Source: Bacteroidales bacterium (GTDB taxonomy: Bacteria > Bacteroidota > Bacteroidia > Bacteroidales > GWA2-32-17). Taken from it: a stretch of DNA of 64,000 bases. The notes beneath the pieces were generated by a model. That model worked only from the letters and a program-made list of their open reading frames with translations. It was not told where the DNA came from and searched no databases. Both the position numbers and the translations under genes were made by a program. Location of the stretch: positions 16,127 to 80,126 of the forward strand of contig JAOAFV010000004.1 of NCBI GenBank assembly GCA_026416095.1, written 5' to 3'. The first letter of the stretch is position 1; every line of letters begins with the position of its first letter. Shown in pieces: positions 32,909 to 45,426 of the stretch.

Positions 32909-34234
32909 ATGAATATTTCAGTAATAGGTACAGGATATGTTGGATTAGTGACGGGTGCATGTTTTGCCGAAACAGGTTTACAAGTAACATGCATGGATGT
33001 AGACGAAGAAAAAATAAATAATTTAAATAATGGAATTATACCTATATATGAACCTGGACTAGAAATTATTGTGAAAAAAAATATTGAAAAAAAAACTTTA
33101 TTTTTTACAACATCTATTTCTGAGGCTGTAAAAAATTGTGAGGTAGTATTTATAGCCGTTGGCACACCACCCAACGAAGACGGTTCGGCCGACTTGAAAC
33201 ATGTATTAAAAGTGGCCGAAGATATTGCACATAACATAAACAATTATATTGTAGTGGTTAATAAAAGCACCGTTCCTGTTGGCACAGCTGCAAAGGTAAA
33301 GTCATTAATTCAAAATATTCTAAATAATAGAGGTTTAAATCTTGAATTCGATGTTGTTTCAAATCCTGAATTTCTAAAAGAAGGAAATGCCATAGAGGAT
33401 TTCATGCGACCCGATCGAATAATTATTGGCGTAGAAAGCGAGAGAGCTAAAAAAATAATGGAAAAGCTTTATCATCCATTTATCTTAAATAATCATCCTA
33501 TAATATTTATGGATATTGCTTCGGCCGAACTCACTAAATATGCAGCAAATGCAATGCTTGCAACAAGAATTAGCTTTATGAACGAAATATCAAGAATATG
33601 CGAACTCGTTGGTGCCGATATTAATATGGTGCGTAAGGGAATAGGAAGCGACCCAAGAATAGGTAACAAATTTTTATATGCAGGTGTAGGCTATGGTGGC
33701 TCATGTTTCCCAAAAGATGTAAAAGCCCTTATTAAAACAGCCAAAGAATACAATTATGATTTTACTATACTTAAAGCTGTCGAAAATGTTAACGAAACAC
33801 AAAAACACTTTTTTATTTCTAAAATTCTAAAACACTTTAATTTTTCATTATCCAATAAAACAATAACAATTTGGGGACTTTCATTTAAACCTAATACCGA
33901 TGATATGCGCGAAGCTCCATCTATTACAATTATCAATGAACTTTTAAAATATGGTGCTAAAATAAATGCATATGATCCTGTGGCAATTAAAGAATGTCGA
34001 AAAATATTTGGTAATAAAATCTCTTATTTCGACAATAAATATGAAGCTCTTACCAACTCCAATGCACTTGTTCTTGTAACTGAATGGAACGAATTCAGAC
34101 TTTTGAACTTTAATCTTATGAAAACTAAAATGAAAGATTTCGTTATATTCGATGGAAGAAATATTTATGAGCCAGAAGAAGTAATAGAAAATGGTTTTGT
34201 TTATTACAGCATAGGTAGAAAAATCAACGTATGA
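32909..34234 (+). CDS. ugd: UDP-glucose 6-dehydrogenase
   Basis: [42 protein letters not shown]. Confidence 0.95.
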   Translation: MNISVIGTGYVGLVTGACFAETGLQVTCMDVDEEKINNLNNGIIPIYEPGLEIIVKKNIEKKTLFFTTSISEAVKNCEVVFIAVGTPPNEDGSADLKHVLKVAEDIAHNINNYIVVVNKSTVPVGTAAKVKSLIQNILNNRGLNLEFDVVSNPEFLKEGNAIEDFMRPDRIIIGVESERAKKIMEKLYHPFILNNHPIIFMDIASAELTKYAANAMLATRISFMNEISRICELVGADINMVRKGIGSDPRIGNKFLYAGVGYGGSCFPKDVKALIKTAKEYNYDFTILKAVENVNETQKHFFISKILKHFNFSLSNKTITIWGLSFKPNTDDMREAPSITIINELLKYGAKINAYDPVAIKECRKIFGNKISYFDNKYEALTNSNALVLVTEWNEFRLLNFNLMKTKMKDFVIFDGRNIYEPEEVIENGFVYYSIGRKINV

Positions 34235-35181
34235 TAAGAAAAAGAATTTTAGTTACAGGAGGTGCTGGTTTTATAGGTTCTCATTTGTGCGAAAAATTAT
34301 TAGAAGAAAATAACGAAGTTATTTGCTTAGATAATTTTTTTACAGGAAATAAACAAAATATATCGCACTTACTTAATAATCCTTACTTTGAAGTTATAAG
34401 GCACGATATAATAAACCCCATATATTTAGAAGTAGACGAGATATATAATTTTGCTTGCCCTGCTTCACCAGTTCATTATCAGTACAATCCAATAAAAACT
34501 ATAAAAACAAATGTAATGGGAGCTATAAATATGCTTGGCTTAGCAAAAAGAGTAAAAGCCAAAATTTTACAAGCATCAACAAGCGAAGTTTATGGCGATC
34601 CTACAATACACCCACAACCCGAAAATTATTGGGGAAACGTAAACCCAATTGGTATTCGTTCTTGCTACGACGAAGGTAAACGTTGTGCCGAATCGCTATT
34701 TATTAATTACTATAAACAAAATAATGTAAAAATAAAAATAATTAGAATTTTTAATACATACGGACCAAGAATGCACCCTAACGATGGTAGAGTTGTTTCA
34801 AATTTTATTGTGCAAGCATTAAAAAATGAGCCCTTAACAGTATATGGCGATGGAACACAAACAAGAAGCTTCCAATATATTTCCGATCTTATAGAAGCAA
34901 CTATAAAAATAATGAATGAAACAGACGATACCTTTACCGGACCAATAAATATTGGCAACCCCGAAGAATTCAAGATAATTGAACTCGCCGAATTAGTTTT
35001 AAAACTAACTAAGTCAAAATCAAAAATAATATTCAAACCTCTGCCCGAAGACGACCCTATGCAAAGAAAACCCGATACCACATTAGCAAAACAAATTATT
35101 AATTGGCAACCAAAAGTTCCACTTGAAGAAGGGTTAAAATACACTATTGAATATTTTAAAAAAGAATTAGGAATTTATTAA
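34231..35181 (+). CDS. UDP-glucuronic acid decarboxylase (UDP-xylose synthase)
   Basis: [46 protein letters not shown]. Confidence 0.92.
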   Translation: MIRKRILVTGGAGFIGSHLCEKLLEENNEVICLDNFFTGNKQNISHLLNNPYFEVIRHDIINPIYLEVDEIYNFACPASPVHYQYNPIKTIKTNVMGAINMLGLAKRVKAKILQASTSEVYGDPTIHPQPENYWGNVNPIGIRSCYDEGKRCAESLFINYYKQNNVKIKIIRIFNTYGPRMHPNDGRVVSNFIVQALKNEPLTVYGDGTQTRSFQYISDLIEATIKIMNETDDTFTGPINIGNPEEFKIIELAELVLKLTKSKSKIIFKPLPEDDPMQRKPDTTLAKQIINWQPKVPLEEGLKYTIEYFKKELGIY

Positions 35182-35211
35182 AAAGTGTAATAATTTTGAG
35201 AAAAATACAAT

Positions 35212-36090
35212 ATGAAAGGTATCATTTTAGCAGGAGGTAGCGGCACACGATTGTATCCCATAACTCATGCTATTTCAAAGCAAATTATACCTGTATACGA
35301 CAAGCCTATGATCTACTACCCCCTGTCGGTTCTAATGCTAGCAGGCATAAGAGACATACTTATCATTTCAACCCCTACAGATTTACCACTTTTTAAAAAA
35401 ATTTTTTACGATGGGTCTCATTTAGGACTAAACATCTCTTATGCCGAACAACCTCACCCAAACGGAATTGCCGAAGCATTCATAATTGCAGAAAATTTTA
35501 TTAATAACGATACTTCTTGTTTAATTCTCGGCGACAATATATTTTATGGATATGGCTTAAGAAGCATCGTTAAAGAAGCAGCTTTATTAACAAAAGGCGC
35601 TGTTATTTTCGGGTATTATGTTAAAGACCCTGAAAGATATGGTGTTGCCGAATTCGATGAAAAAGGTAAGGTTATAAACATCGAAGAAAAACCTAAAATA
35701 CCAAAATCGCATTATGCCATTACAGGATTATATTTCTACGATAATACTGTTGTAAGCAAAGCTAAAACTCTTACACCTTCTGCTCGAGGCGAACTCGAAA
35801 TAACAGATTTAAACAAATTATATTTATTAGAAGGTACTTTAAACTTAAAAATCCTTAATAGAGGCTTTGCATGGCTCGACACAGGAACCCACGATGCTTT
35901 ATTACACGCTTCACATTTTATATACACTATTGAACAACGACAAGGTTTAAAAATTGCTTGTATAGAAGAAATTGCTTATAGAGAAGGTTTTATTACAAAA
36001 GAACAACTAATAGATATTGCAAAAAAGTATAAAAATAACTCATATGGGGAATATTTAATGCTTGTTGCCCAAGAAAAATTTAACAAATGA
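35212..36090 (+). CDS. rfbA: Glucose-1-phosphate thymidylyltransferase
   Basis: [46 protein letters not shown]. Confidence 0.97.
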   Translation: MKGIILAGGSGTRLYPITHAISKQIIPVYDKPMIYYPLSVLMLAGIRDILIISTPTDLPLFKKIFYDGSHLGLNISYAEQPHPNGIAEAFIIAENFINNDTSCLILGDNIFYGYGLRSIVKEAALLTKGAVIFGYYVKDPERYGVAEFDEKGKVINIEEKPKIPKSHYAITGLYFYDNTVVSKAKTLTPSARGELEITDLNKLYLLEGTLNLKILNRGFAWLDTGTHDALLHASHFIYTIEQRQGLKIACIEEIAYREGFITKEQLIDIAKKYKNNSYGEYLMLVAQEKFNK

Positions 36091-36635
36091 AAATTATTAA
36101 AACCGATATTGAAGATTTATTAATAATACAACCCGATGTTTTCAAAGACGAACGTGGTTATTTTTTTGAGTTTTATAATGAAAAAAAATTAAGTGAATTT
36201 ATTAATGTAAAATTTGTGCAAGATAACGAATCGTATTCCATATATGGTGTAATCAGAGGACTACACTATCAACTACCCCCTTTTGAACAAGCTAAACTCA
36301 TTAGAGTTGTAAAAGGTAAAATTTACGATGTAGCCGTAGATATACGCAAAAACTCTAAGACCTTTGGAAAATGGATTGGAATTGAACTTAACGACACAGA
36401 TAAAAATATATTTTTCATACCTGCTGGTTTCGCTCATGGCTTTTCGGTTCTTTCCGATTATGCAATAGTACAATATAAATGTAGTAACTTTTACAACAAG
36501 GAATACGAAAGAGGCATTTTATACTGCGACGAATTTTTAAAAATTGATTGGAAAATTGATATTAACTCTGCTATAGTATCAGAAAAAGATAGAAATTTAA
36601 AAAAATTTGAATTTGCCGATTATTTCAATTATTAA
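36087..36635 (+). CDS. rfbC: dTDP-4-dehydrorhamnose 3,5-epimerase
   Basis: DERGYF, FVQDNES, RGLHYQ, DVAVDIR, GFAHGF. Confidence 0.96.
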   Translation: MKIIKTDIEDLLIIQPDVFKDERGYFFEFYNEKKLSEFINVKFVQDNESYSIYGVIRGLHYQLPPFEQAKLIRVVKGKIYDVAVDIRKNSKTFGKWIGIELNDTDKNIFFIPAGFAHGFSVLSDYAIVQYKCSNFYNKEYERGILYCDEFLKIDWKIDINSAIVSEKDRNLKKFEFADYFNY

Positions 36636-36641
36636 TAAATA

Positions 36642-37520
36642 ATGACAACAGTACTTGTTACTGGAGCAAATGGACAATTAGGAAGCGAATTAAAAATATT
36701 AAGCAAAACAAATAACGACCTAAAATTTATTTTTACAGATATTGACGAATTAAATATTACAGACATTAGAGCATTAAAAAATTTTTTTAACAATTCCGAA
36801 AAAATTCACTTTTTAATTAACGCTGCTGCTTACACAATGGTCGATAAAGCAGAAAAAGAAAAAAAAATAGCATCGAAAGTAAATGTAGAAGGAGTAAATA
36901 ATCTTGCTAAAATATGTACCAACTATAAAATACATTTAATACACATATCATCCGATTACGTTTTCGATGGTAACACAAATATACCATACAACGAAGAATC
37001 GCCAACTAATCCAATAAATTACTATGGACAAACAAAATTGGAAAGCGAAACCGAAGCTTTAAGGAATAACGACACAATTATAATTAGAACCTCGTGGTTA
37101 TATTCTGAATTTGGTAATAACTTTGTAAAAACCATTCTAAAAAAAGCTCAGCAAACAGATACAATAAACGTAGTTATAGATCAAATAGGAACCCCTACCT
37201 ATGCATTAGATTTAGCCGAAGTTATTATAAAAATTATTACCTATTCAATTGAAAATAAAACATTTAAAAGAGGTATCTATAATTACTCTAACGAAGGGCT
37301 TTGCTCATGGTTCGACTTCGCTTACGAAATTATTAATTATTTTAACTTGCCATGTAAGGTTATTCCAATTTTAAGTTCTGAATATCCTACTCCTGCTAAA
37401 AGACCTTCTTATAGTGTATTAAGTAAAAATAAAATTAAAGAAACATTTAAAATTGATATACCACATTGGCGAACAAGCTTATATAGATGCTTAGAAAAAA
37501 TAAATATAAATGAACTATGA
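36642..37520 (+). CDS. rfbD: dTDP-4-dehydrorhamnose reductase
   Basis: GANGQLG, AAYTMVDKAE, SSDYVFDG, YGQTK, DQIGTPT. Confidence 0.95.
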   Translation: MTTVLVTGANGQLGSELKILSKTNNDLKFIFTDIDELNITDIRALKNFFNNSEKIHFLINAAAYTMVDKAEKEKKIASKVNVEGVNNLAKICTNYKIHLIHISSDYVFDGNTNIPYNEESPTNPINYYGQTKLESETEALRNNDTIIIRTSWLYSEFGNNFVKTILKKAQQTDTINVVIDQIGTPTYALDLAEVIIKIITYSIENKTFKRGIYNYSNEGLCSWFDFAYEIINYFNLPCKVIPILSSEYPTPAKRPSYSVLSKNKIKETFKIDIPHWRTSLYRCLEKININEL

Positions 37521-39253
37521 ACGAATTACTTTATCAGAAAGCATACGAAAAAGCCTTATTTTGGCTCGAAAATGTTGTAAACGAAACCGACAAAGAAGAA
37601 ATAAAAAAAATACTTCAAAATAAAGAAGAACTAATTGATGCCTTTTATGAAGACCTTGAATTTGGTACAGGCGGGTTAAGAGGCATTATAGGTATAGGGT
37701 CTAATAGAATGAATAATTATGTGGTAAAAATGGCTACCCAAGGATTATGTAATTTTATTCAAAAAAATTTTCCCAACCATTCAAAAAAGGTTGCTATAGC
37801 ATACGATTCCAGAAACAAAAGTAAAGAATTTGCTTTTGCAGCTGCAACTGTATTTGCTGCTAACGACTACGATGTATACATTTTCGACGACGTAAAACCT
37901 ACTCCAATGCTATCGTACGCTATAAGAAAATACAATTGTGTAACAGGCATTGTAATCACTGCTTCTCATAATCCTAAAGAATACAACGGCTATAAAGCTT
38001 ACGGACCAGATGGAGGACAATTTATTAGCCCTTACGATAAAAACATTATCGAAGAAGTTAAAAAAATTAAATCATTCAGCGAAATAAAAAGTACTTATAA
38101 TGCTAATAAAATTAAAATAATTCCTGAAAGTTTCGATGATGATTACATTGCTGAAATTGAAAAACTAATAATTAATCAAAGCCTTATAAAAAAACATTAT
38201 AACCTAAAATTTGTATACACGCCTCTCCATGGCACAGGATACAAAATAATGCCCAAGTTGTTAAAAAAATTAGGTTTTCAAAACATCTACTTAGTTAATG
38301 AACAATGCATACCCGATGGTAATTTCTCAACTGTTAAAAGCCCAAACCCAGAAGAAAAATCGGCTCTCGATATGGCTATAAATTACGCAAAAGAAGTAGA
38401 TGCCGACGTAGTTCTAGCCACCGACCCCGATGCCGACCGATTAGGTGTTGCTGTAAAAGATATAAAATCTAATTACGTCTTATTAAACGGAAACCAAACA
38501 GCTGCAATTATCACTTATTATATTTTAGAAAATTTAAAAAATAAAAACCTATTAAAAGGTAACGAATTCATTGTTAAAACTATTGTTACATCTGAAATAT
38601 TAAGAAAAATTGCCCAAAATTATAATGTTGAAATTTACGATGTTTTAACTGGATTTAAATATATTGCTCAGTTAATACGCGAAAACGAAGGTAAAAAGAA
38701 ATATATTTGCGGTGGCGAAGAAAGTTATGGCTTTCTAGTGGGCGACTATGTTAGAGATAAGGATGCTATATCTACCTGCGCAATTATTGCCGAAATAACA
38801 TGTTGGGCAAAAGAACAAAATAAAACACTATTCGAATTATTATTAGAAATATACAATAAATTTGGCTTATACTACGAAACTCAAATTTCAATTACAAAAA
38901 AAGGCATTGAAGGCCAAAACGAGATTAAACAAATAATGAATAATTTTAGAAGTAATCCACCAATAAAAATTGCTAACGAAAAAGTTACTTGTATAAAGGA
39001 TTTTTTAACTCAAAAAGAAGAAAACCTTCTAACCAAACAAACAAAAGAAATAGCTCTACCAAAATCTGATGTAATTCAATTTATTACTGAAAAAGAAACA
39101 ATAATATCAATAAGACCAAGTGGTACCGAACCAAAAATTAAATTTTATATTCAACTCGTAAATAGTCTCTTCAATATAAACGAATATTATGATAAACTTC
39201 AAGAACTAATGAATAAAGCAGAAATAATAATAAAAGAATTAAAACTCGCATAA
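37517..39253 (+). CDS. pgm: Phosphoglucomutase/phosphomannomutase
   Basis: [36 protein letters not shown]. Confidence 0.93.
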   Translation: MNELLYQKAYEKALFWLENVVNETDKEEIKKILQNKEELIDAFYEDLEFGTGGLRGIIGIGSNRMNNYVVKMATQGLCNFIQKNFPNHSKKVAIAYDSRNKSKEFAFAAATVFAANDYDVYIFDDVKPTPMLSYAIRKYNCVTGIVITASHNPKEYNGYKAYGPDGGQFISPYDKNIIEEVKKIKSFSEIKSTYNANKIKIIPESFDDDYIAEIEKLIINQSLIKKHYNLKFVYTPLHGTGYKIMPKLLKKLGFQNIYLVNEQCIPDGNFSTVKSPNPEEKSALDMAINYAKEVDADVVLATDPDADRLGVAVKDIKSNYVLLNGNQTAAIITYYILENLKNKNLLKGNEFIVKTIVTSEILRKIAQNYNVEIYDVLTGFKYIAQLIRENEGKKKYICGGEESYGFLVGDYVRDKDAISTCAIIAEITCWAKEQNKTLFELLLEIYNKFGLYYETQISITKKGIEGQNEIKQIMNNFRSNPPIKIANEKVTCIKDFLTQKEENLLTKQTKEIALPKSDVIQFITEKETIISIRPSGTEPKIKFYIQLVNSLFNINEYYDKLQELMNKAEIIIKELKLA

Positions 39254-39254
39254 T

Positions 39255-39671
39255 ATGAAATCGTATAAGAAAGAATTGTATTTTAATACTCCAACCCGAA
39301 GAGCTTTTATAAATATTACCAAAGAAGTAGAAAAATGCGTTAAGGAAAGTGGCATAAAAGAAGGTTTATGCCTTGTAAATGCAATGCATATAACTGCAAG
39401 TGTCTTTATTAACGATGATGAATCGGGCTTACACAAAGATTTTGAAAATTGGCTCGAAAAATTAGCTCCAGAAAAGCCTTACTCACAATATCACCATAAC
39501 ACTTTTGAAAATAATGCTGACGCACATTTAAAAAGAACAATAATGGGAAGAGAAGTCGTTATTGCTATAACCGACGGAAAACTCGACTTCGGACCATGGG
39601 AACAAATATTTTATGGTGAATTTGATGGTAAACGCAATAAAAGAGTCTTAGTTAAAATTATTGGTGAATAA
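39255..39671 (+). CDS. YjbQ/UPF0047 family protein (secondary thiamine-phosphate synthase)
   Basis: [32 protein letters not shown]. Confidence 0.9.
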   Translation: MKSYKKELYFNTPTRRAFINITKEVEKCVKESGIKEGLCLVNAMHITASVFINDDESGLHKDFENWLEKLAPEKPYSQYHHNTFENNADAHLKRTIMGREVVIAITDGKLDFGPWEQIFYGEFDGKRNKRVLVKIIGE

Positions 39672-39673
39672 AT

Positions 39674-41188
39674 ATGAATATAACTATAAAAAATGCTATT
39701 ATTTCGGTATATGACAAAACTTGCATAGACGATTTATTACCTTTGTTAAAAAAATTAAATGTCACCATTTTTGCTACTAATGGAACTTTAAAGTACATTA
39801 AAAGTAAAGGTTATGAGGCAAAAGATTTACATGAATTAACTAATTTTCCACCTCTTTTTAATGGAAGAGTTAAAACATTACACCCTCTTATACTAGGTGG
39901 AATACTTTACAAAAAAGACAATTCTAACGATCAATTAGAAGCTGAAAAATATAATATACCTTCGTTCGATCTTGTGGTTGTTGATTTATATCCATTTAAA
40001 GAAACAACAAAAGCAACATCAGATTTAAACGAAATAATAGAAAAAGTCGACATAGGAGGAATAACTCTTATTAGAGCAGCCGCAAAAAATTTCTTTTATA
40101 CAACGGTTGTTGCAGAGGCTTCTTTAATTAAAGAACTTGTTGATATTCTATCAACCCATAATGGTGTAATATCGTACGAACAAAGAGAATATTTTGCAAA
40201 AAGAGCTTTCGAAGTTACAAGTTTATACGACCTGGCAATTTTTTTATATTTAAATAAATTACCTTACCTGGATATTAAATTATACCCACATGAAAAACTA
40301 AGATATGGCGAAAATCCTCATCAAGAAGGTTATTTTATAGGTAATCTTTCAGAAGTATTAGAAAAAATTCAAGGGAAAGAATTATCATACAATAATATCC
40401 TAGATATTGAGTCGGCAATTAATCTACTCGCAGAATTCAACGATCCTACTTGTGTTATTATTAAACATAATAACCCTTGTGCAGTAGCTTCTAATAACGA
40501 AGGAGGACTCTCTCTTTGGCACAAAACATTACAATGCGATCCTATAAGCAGTTTTGGAGGAATAATTGCTACAAATGTTCCAATTTCACTCGATCTTGCA
40601 AAAGAAATTGACAAAATATTTTTTGAAATATTAATTGCTTACGAGTTTGCTGATAACGTAATAGAATATTTCAAAAAAAAGCCAGCACGAATACTCATTA
40701 AACTTAAACAACTTACAAAATCAACATACACTTTTAAGTCGATAATAAATGGTATACTAATACAATCGGCCAACAACACTACACTTAATGAGAATGAGTT
40801 AGAAATTCCAACAAATGCAAAACCTACAACAGAAGATATAGAGAATCTTATATTTTCATTTAAAATTGCTAAACATTGTAAAAGTAATGCTATTGTAATT
40901 ACAAAAGATAAACAATTAATTGGTGCAGGTTTTGGTCAAACCTCACGTATCGATGCAACAAATATTGCTATTCAAAAGGCAAAATCTATGCAATTTAATA
41001 CAGAAAATGCATATTTAGCTAGCGATGGTTTCTTCCCTTTTACAGATTGTATTGAATTAGCCTTAAATAATGGAATAAAAAAAATAATTCAACCAGGAGG
41101 TAGCATTAACGACAAAAAAATAATTGAATATTGTAATAACAACAATATTGTAATGTTGTTAACAAAAATTAGACATTTTAAGCATTAA
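39674..41188 (+). CDS. purH: Bifunctional AICAR transformylase / IMP cyclohydrolase
   Basis: SVYDK, GRVKTLHP, DIGGITL, LRYGENPHQ, ASDGFFPF, QPGGS, RHFKH. Confidence 0.96.
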   Translation: MNITIKNAIISVYDKTCIDDLLPLLKKLNVTIFATNGTLKYIKSKGYEAKDLHELTNFPPLFNGRVKTLHPLILGGILYKKDNSNDQLEAEKYNIPSFDLVVVDLYPFKETTKATSDLNEIIEKVDIGGITLIRAAAKNFFYTTVVAEASLIKELVDILSTHNGVISYEQREYFAKRAFEVTSLYDLAIFLYLNKLPYLDIKLYPHEKLRYGENPHQEGYFIGNLSEVLEKIQGKELSYNNILDIESAINLLAEFNDPTCVIIKHNNPCAVASNNEGGLSLWHKTLQCDPISSFGGIIATNVPISLDLAKEIDKIFFEILIAYEFADNVIEYFKKKPARILIKLKQLTKSTYTFKSIINGILIQSANNTTLNENELEIPTNAKPTTEDIENLIFSFKIAKHCKSNAIVITKDKQLIGAGFGQTSRIDATNIAIQKAKSMQFNTENAYLASDGFFPFTDCIELALNNGIKKIIQPGGSINDKKIIEYCNNNNIVMLLTKIRHFKH

Positions 41189-41220
41189 TAATAATTTTTA
41201 TTTTATAAATTTGCAAAAAA

Positions 41221-42246
41221 ATGGGATTAAAATCATATTTTACACAGGAGTTATCGATAGACTTAGGAACAGCGAATACGGTAATAGTTCAAAATGATAA
41301 GTTTGTAATAGATGAACCTTCTATTATTGCTATCGATGTTAACACAAAAAAGGTTATTGCAGTAGGCAACGAAGCTCAACAAATGCATGGGAAAACACAT
41401 GCAAACATCAAAACTATAAGGCCACTTAAGGATGGCGTTATTGCCGATTTCTTTGCTGCAGAATTAATGTTGAGAGAATTCATACGAAAAATAAAACCTA
41501 AACGCACCCTCATATCCCCTATGCTTAAGCTATTAATTGCTATTCCTTCGGGAAGTACCGAAGTAGAAATAAGAGCAGTAAGAGATTCATCGGAACAAGC
41601 AGGAGCTAGAGAAGTATACCTTATTTACGAACCATTAGCAGCAGCCATAGGTATAGGCCTTGATATCGAAGCCCCCGAAGGAAATATTATAATAGATATT
41701 GGAGGTGGAACAACCGAAATTGCTGTTATATCGCTTGCCGGAATTGTATGTAACAAATCTATAAGAACTGCAGGCGATACCTTTACAAGTGATATTATAG
41801 ATTACATGCGAGAACAATACAATATGAAAGTAGGAGAAAGAACTGCCGAAGAAATAAAAATAAATGTTGGAGCTGCCATTGAAAAATTAGATAATCCTCC
41901 ACCAGTGTATGTAGTTAGAGGTCCAAGTCAGAATTCTCCTTATCCTTTGGAAGTACCTTTATCGTACGAAGAAATTGCTCATTGTCTCGACAAAAGCATA
42001 TCGCGAATAGAAAGTGCAATAATGCAAGTACTTAACGATACTCCTCCAGAATTATATAAAGATATAGCAAAAAACGGTGCTTACCTTACAGGCGGTGGCG
42101 CTCAATTAAGAGGCATAGCCGAAAGATTTCAAGAAAAATTTCAATTAAAATTTCAGGTAGTAGATGATCCTCTTCATGCAGTTGCCAGAGGTACTGGTAT
42201 TGTCATGAAAAATTTAGATAAATTCCAAGCAGTTTTAATGCGATAA
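41221..42246 (+). CDS. mreB: Rod shape-determining protein MreB
   Basis: IDLGTANT, RPLKDGVIAD, DIGGGTTE, LTGGGA; -7 box at 41206-41213. Confidence 0.96.
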   Translation: MGLKSYFTQELSIDLGTANTVIVQNDKFVIDEPSIIAIDVNTKKVIAVGNEAQQMHGKTHANIKTIRPLKDGVIADFFAAELMLREFIRKIKPKRTLISPMLKLLIAIPSGSTEVEIRAVRDSSEQAGAREVYLIYEPLAAAIGIGLDIEAPEGNIIIDIGGGTTEIAVISLAGIVCNKSIRTAGDTFTSDIIDYMREQYNMKVGERTAEEIKINVGAAIEKLDNPPPVYVVRGPSQNSPYPLEVPLSYEEIAHCLDKSISRIESAIMQVLNDTPPELYKDIAKNGAYLTGGGAQLRGIAERFQEKFQLKFQVVDDPLHAVARGTGIVMKNLDKFQAVLMR

Positions 42247-42252
42247 CTTATA

Positions 42253-43077
42253 ATGCTAAAAGTACTTTATTTAATTATTAAACATCATTTCTATATCTTA
42301 TTTATTATATTCGAAATAATTGCTATACAAATAACTATTAATACCAACAATTTTTACTCCTCAAAAATATTTAATCTAACAAACGAAATAGCTGGTAAAA
42401 TACACAGTGCATATTACAGCCTAAGTAAATTTTACCACACTATTAACGAAAACAAAAAACTTTCTCATCAAAATTCTCTTCTAATAAAGTACTATTTAAA
42501 CAAAAAGTATAACGAAAATTTAAATTCTCAGGAATCTCTTAAAGTAATATACGATGTTATACCAGCCAATGTTATATATTTTTCAAGAAATAAACCTGAA
42601 AATTTTCTTGTAATAAATAAAGGCAGAAAAGATAGTATATATCCCGATATGGGAGTAATTTGCCCAGAAGGAGTTGTTGGTATTACTTATGCTTGTTCCG
42701 ATAATTTTTGTATTGTTCTTCCTATAATAAACATTAAAGCCCACTTAAGTGCAGTTATACTAAAAGAAAACTTTCATGGCACTACCGAGTGGGATGGAAA
42801 AAACTTTAAACTCGTTAAATTAACCGATATACCAAATCATGCAAAAATAAAAAAAGGAGATACAGTCACTACTAGCGGCCAATCACTAATTTTTCCGAAA
42901 GGAATTCCAATTGGAAAAGTTTATGAATTTAAGAATGTTTTCGATAAAAATTCGGTCGATATTACTGTAGAATTATTTACCGATTTTTCAAAATTAGATT
43001 ATGTTTTTATTATCAAAAATAAAATGAAAAACGAATTTTTAAAATTATTAAAAGACAACAAATTAGATGTTGAATAA
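42253..43077 (+). CDS. mreC: Rod shape-determining protein MreC
   Basis: INKG...GVVG, GDTVTTSG, FPKGIPIG; follows mreB. Confidence 0.92.
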   Translation: MLKVLYLIIKHHFYILFIIFEIIAIQITINTNNFYSSKIFNLTNEIAGKIHSAYYSLSKFYHTINENKKLSHQNSLLIKYYLNKKYNENLNSQESLKVIYDVIPANVIYFSRNKPENFLVINKGRKDSIYPDMGVICPEGVVGITYACSDNFCIVLPIINIKAHLSAVILKENFHGTTEWDGKNFKLVKLTDIPNHAKIKKGDTVTTSGQSLIFPKGIPIGKVYEFKNVFDKNSVDITVELFTDFSKLDYVFIIKNKMKNEFLKLLKDNKLDVE

Positions 43078-43582
43078 CATATACACAAAGTATATTTTCT
43101 TATTCATCAGCCTCGCATTACTTCAAGCATATGTATTAAATAATATACTTTTTTTAAGTTTTTTAAATCCTTATCTATATGTTTATGCAATTTTAACCTT
43201 ACCAATTCAACTAAACAGAACTCTTGTTTTAATATTAAGTTTTATCTATGGCTTATTAATTGATATTTTATCTTCCAGTTATGCAATTCATACCTTTTCA
43301 ACAACTGTTGTAGGTTTTATAAGACCTTTTATTTTAAAGATTTTTTCGCCTTTCGATGGATACGAAATAAATGCAATACCTTCAATTAAAGACTGTGGAC
43401 ATATTTGGTGGTTAAAATATTCTTTTACTTTAATTATTCTTCACAATTTATGCTTATTTACTATAGAAGAATTTAACTATAAAAAATTACATTACATTAT
43501 ATTTCAAACCCTACTCACCTCAATTTTTACTTTTTTAATCCTTTATATACTTGAACTAATAAAAAATAAAAAATTGAAATGA
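43067..43582 (+). CDS. mreD: Rod shape-determining protein MreD
   Basis: Hydrophobic, NPYLY...GLLIDI; between mreC and mrdA. Confidence 0.85.
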   Translation: MLNNIYTKYIFLFISLALLQAYVLNNILFLSFLNPYLYVYAILTLPIQLNRTLVLILSFIYGLLIDILSSSYAIHTFSTTVVGFIRPFILKIFSPFDGYEINAIPSIKDCGHIWWLKYSFTLIILHNLCLFTIEEFNYKKLHYIIFQTLLTSIFTFLILYILELIKNKKLK

Positions 43583-45426
43583 CAAGCCCTTATTCCTCCC
43601 GAAAGTATACTTTTATAATGCTCCTAATAATAACTTTAATAATATTCTTAGGTAAGATATTCTATATTCAAATTATTGATGATTACTATAAAATATGGGC
43701 AATAAGCAATACTCAAAGAAAACTAACTATTTACCCTCCACGAGGATTAATTATCGACAGACACGGAAAAATAATGGTAAGTAATGTGCCTGCTTACGAT
43801 TTAATGTTCATACCTTACCAATCTTCGGAATTTGATACTGTTGAATTATCAAAAATTCTTGAGATAGACGTTACAAACTTAAAAAAAATAATAGAAAAAG
43901 CAAAAAAAAATTCAAGATATCAGCCATATCCAGTAGCAAGCCAAATTAGTATAAACATAGCAGCAGCTTTAAAAGAAAAACTATATAAGTATAAAGGATT
44001 TTATCTTCAAGGTAGAACAATAAGACATTACACCTTACCTGCTGGAGGTCATTTACTTGGATACATAAGCGAAGTCGACAAAAAATTTCTAAAAAACAAT
44101 CCTTCATATAAAATGGGCGATTTAGTAGGTATAACTGGGCTAGAAAAAACTTATGAGCAATATTTAAAAGGGCAAAAAGGTGCATCTATTGTACTTGTAG
44201 ATGTACATAACAGAATTGTAGGTAAGTTTGCCGACGGAAAATACGACACAATTGCTATACCCGGAAAAAATATAATTACAGGTATAGATTGGGAACTTCA
44301 GTATTATGGAGAACAATTAATGAAAAATAAAAGAGGAAGTATAGTTGCCATTGAACCTTCAACAGGAGAAATTTTAATTCTCGTATCGAGCCCATCTTAC
44401 GATCCTTCCTTGCTTACTGGCTTTAGTAAAAATAAAAATTTCAAAAAACTTGTTAACGACCCCCAAAAGCCACTATTCAACAGAGCACTTATGGCACAAT
44501 ATCCACCCGGCAGTACTTTTAAAATGGTAAATGCTCTAATAGGGCTAAATGAAAATATTTTAAAACCAGGAACTTCATATGGCTGCTCAAAAGGAGTTAC
44601 GGTTGGACCAATTCATGTTGGTTGTCATCCTCATCCTTCACCACTTCAAATGGAAGAAGCTATACAATATTCGTGCAATTCATATTTTACACAAGCTTTT
44701 CTACACATCCTTGGTAATAAAAAATATAAAAATACCGAAGAAGCTTTTAAAGTTTGGCGAAACTATGTAACAGCATTTGGCTTTGGTACAATACTTGGAA
44801 GCGACCTTGCTTATGAATTAAAAGGCATAGTTCCTACTGTACAATATTACGATAAATATTTCGGTAAACACCGGTGGAAACCACTTACAATTGTGTCATT
44901 AGGAATAGGACAAGGCGAATTAAGCTTAACTCCACTTCAACTTGCCAACTATGCATGTATCCTGGCAAATAGAGGTTTTTACTATACACCTCATGTAGTT
45001 AGAGAAATTAATGACAAAAATTTCAATAACTCTAAGTACAAAATTAAACACGTAGTACCAATTAATAAATCTTATTTTGAAATAATATGCAACGCCATGC
45101 AAAAAGTTGTTGAATCAGGCACAGCACGAATTGCAAAAATAGATAGTATTGTTGTTTGTGGAAAAACTGGCACTGCACAAAACCCTCATGGAAAAGATCA
45201 CTCACTTTTCATTGCATTTGCTCCTAAAGATAATCCTAAAATAGCAATCTGTGTCGTTGTTGAAAACGCAGGCTTTGGTGCCACTTATGCTGCTCCTATA
45301 GCAAGTTTAATAATTGAAAAATATCTAAAAAGAAAAGTAAAAAGAAAAGAATTGGAAAAAAGAATGTTAGAAGCTGATCTTATAAATAATAATGACACTT
45401 TAAATAATGATAAGGAACACCAATAA
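43579..45426 (+). CDS. mrdA: Penicillin-binding protein 2
   Basis: PPRGLI, GSTFK (SxxK), SCN (SxN), KTGTAQ. Confidence 0.95.
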   Translation: MTSPYSSRKYTFIMLLIITLIIFLGKIFYIQIIDDYYKIWAISNTQRKLTIYPPRGLIIDRHGKIMVSNVPAYDLMFIPYQSSEFDTVELSKILEIDVTNLKKIIEKAKKNSRYQPYPVASQISINIAAALKEKLYKYKGFYLQGRTIRHYTLPAGGHLLGYISEVDKKFLKNNPSYKMGDLVGITGLEKTYEQYLKGQKGASIVLVDVHNRIVGKFADGKYDTIAIPGKNIITGIDWELQYYGEQLMKNKRGSIVAIEPSTGEILILVSSPSYDPSLLTGFSKNKNFKKLVNDPQKPLFNRALMAQYPPGSTFKMVNALIGLNENILKPGTSYGCSKGVTVGPIHVGCHPHPSPLQMEEAIQYSCNSYFTQAFLHILGNKKYKNTEEAFKVWRNYVTAFGFGTILGSDLAYELKGIVPTVQYYDKYFGKHRWKPLTIVSLGIGQGELSLTPLQLANYACILANRGFYYTPHVVREINDKNFNNSKYKIKHVVPINKSYFEIICNAMQKVVESGTARIAKIDSIVVCGKTGTAQNPHGKDHSLFIAFAPKDNPKIAICVVVENAGFGATYAAPIASLIIEKYLKRKVKRKELEKRMLEADLINNNDTLNNDKEHQ

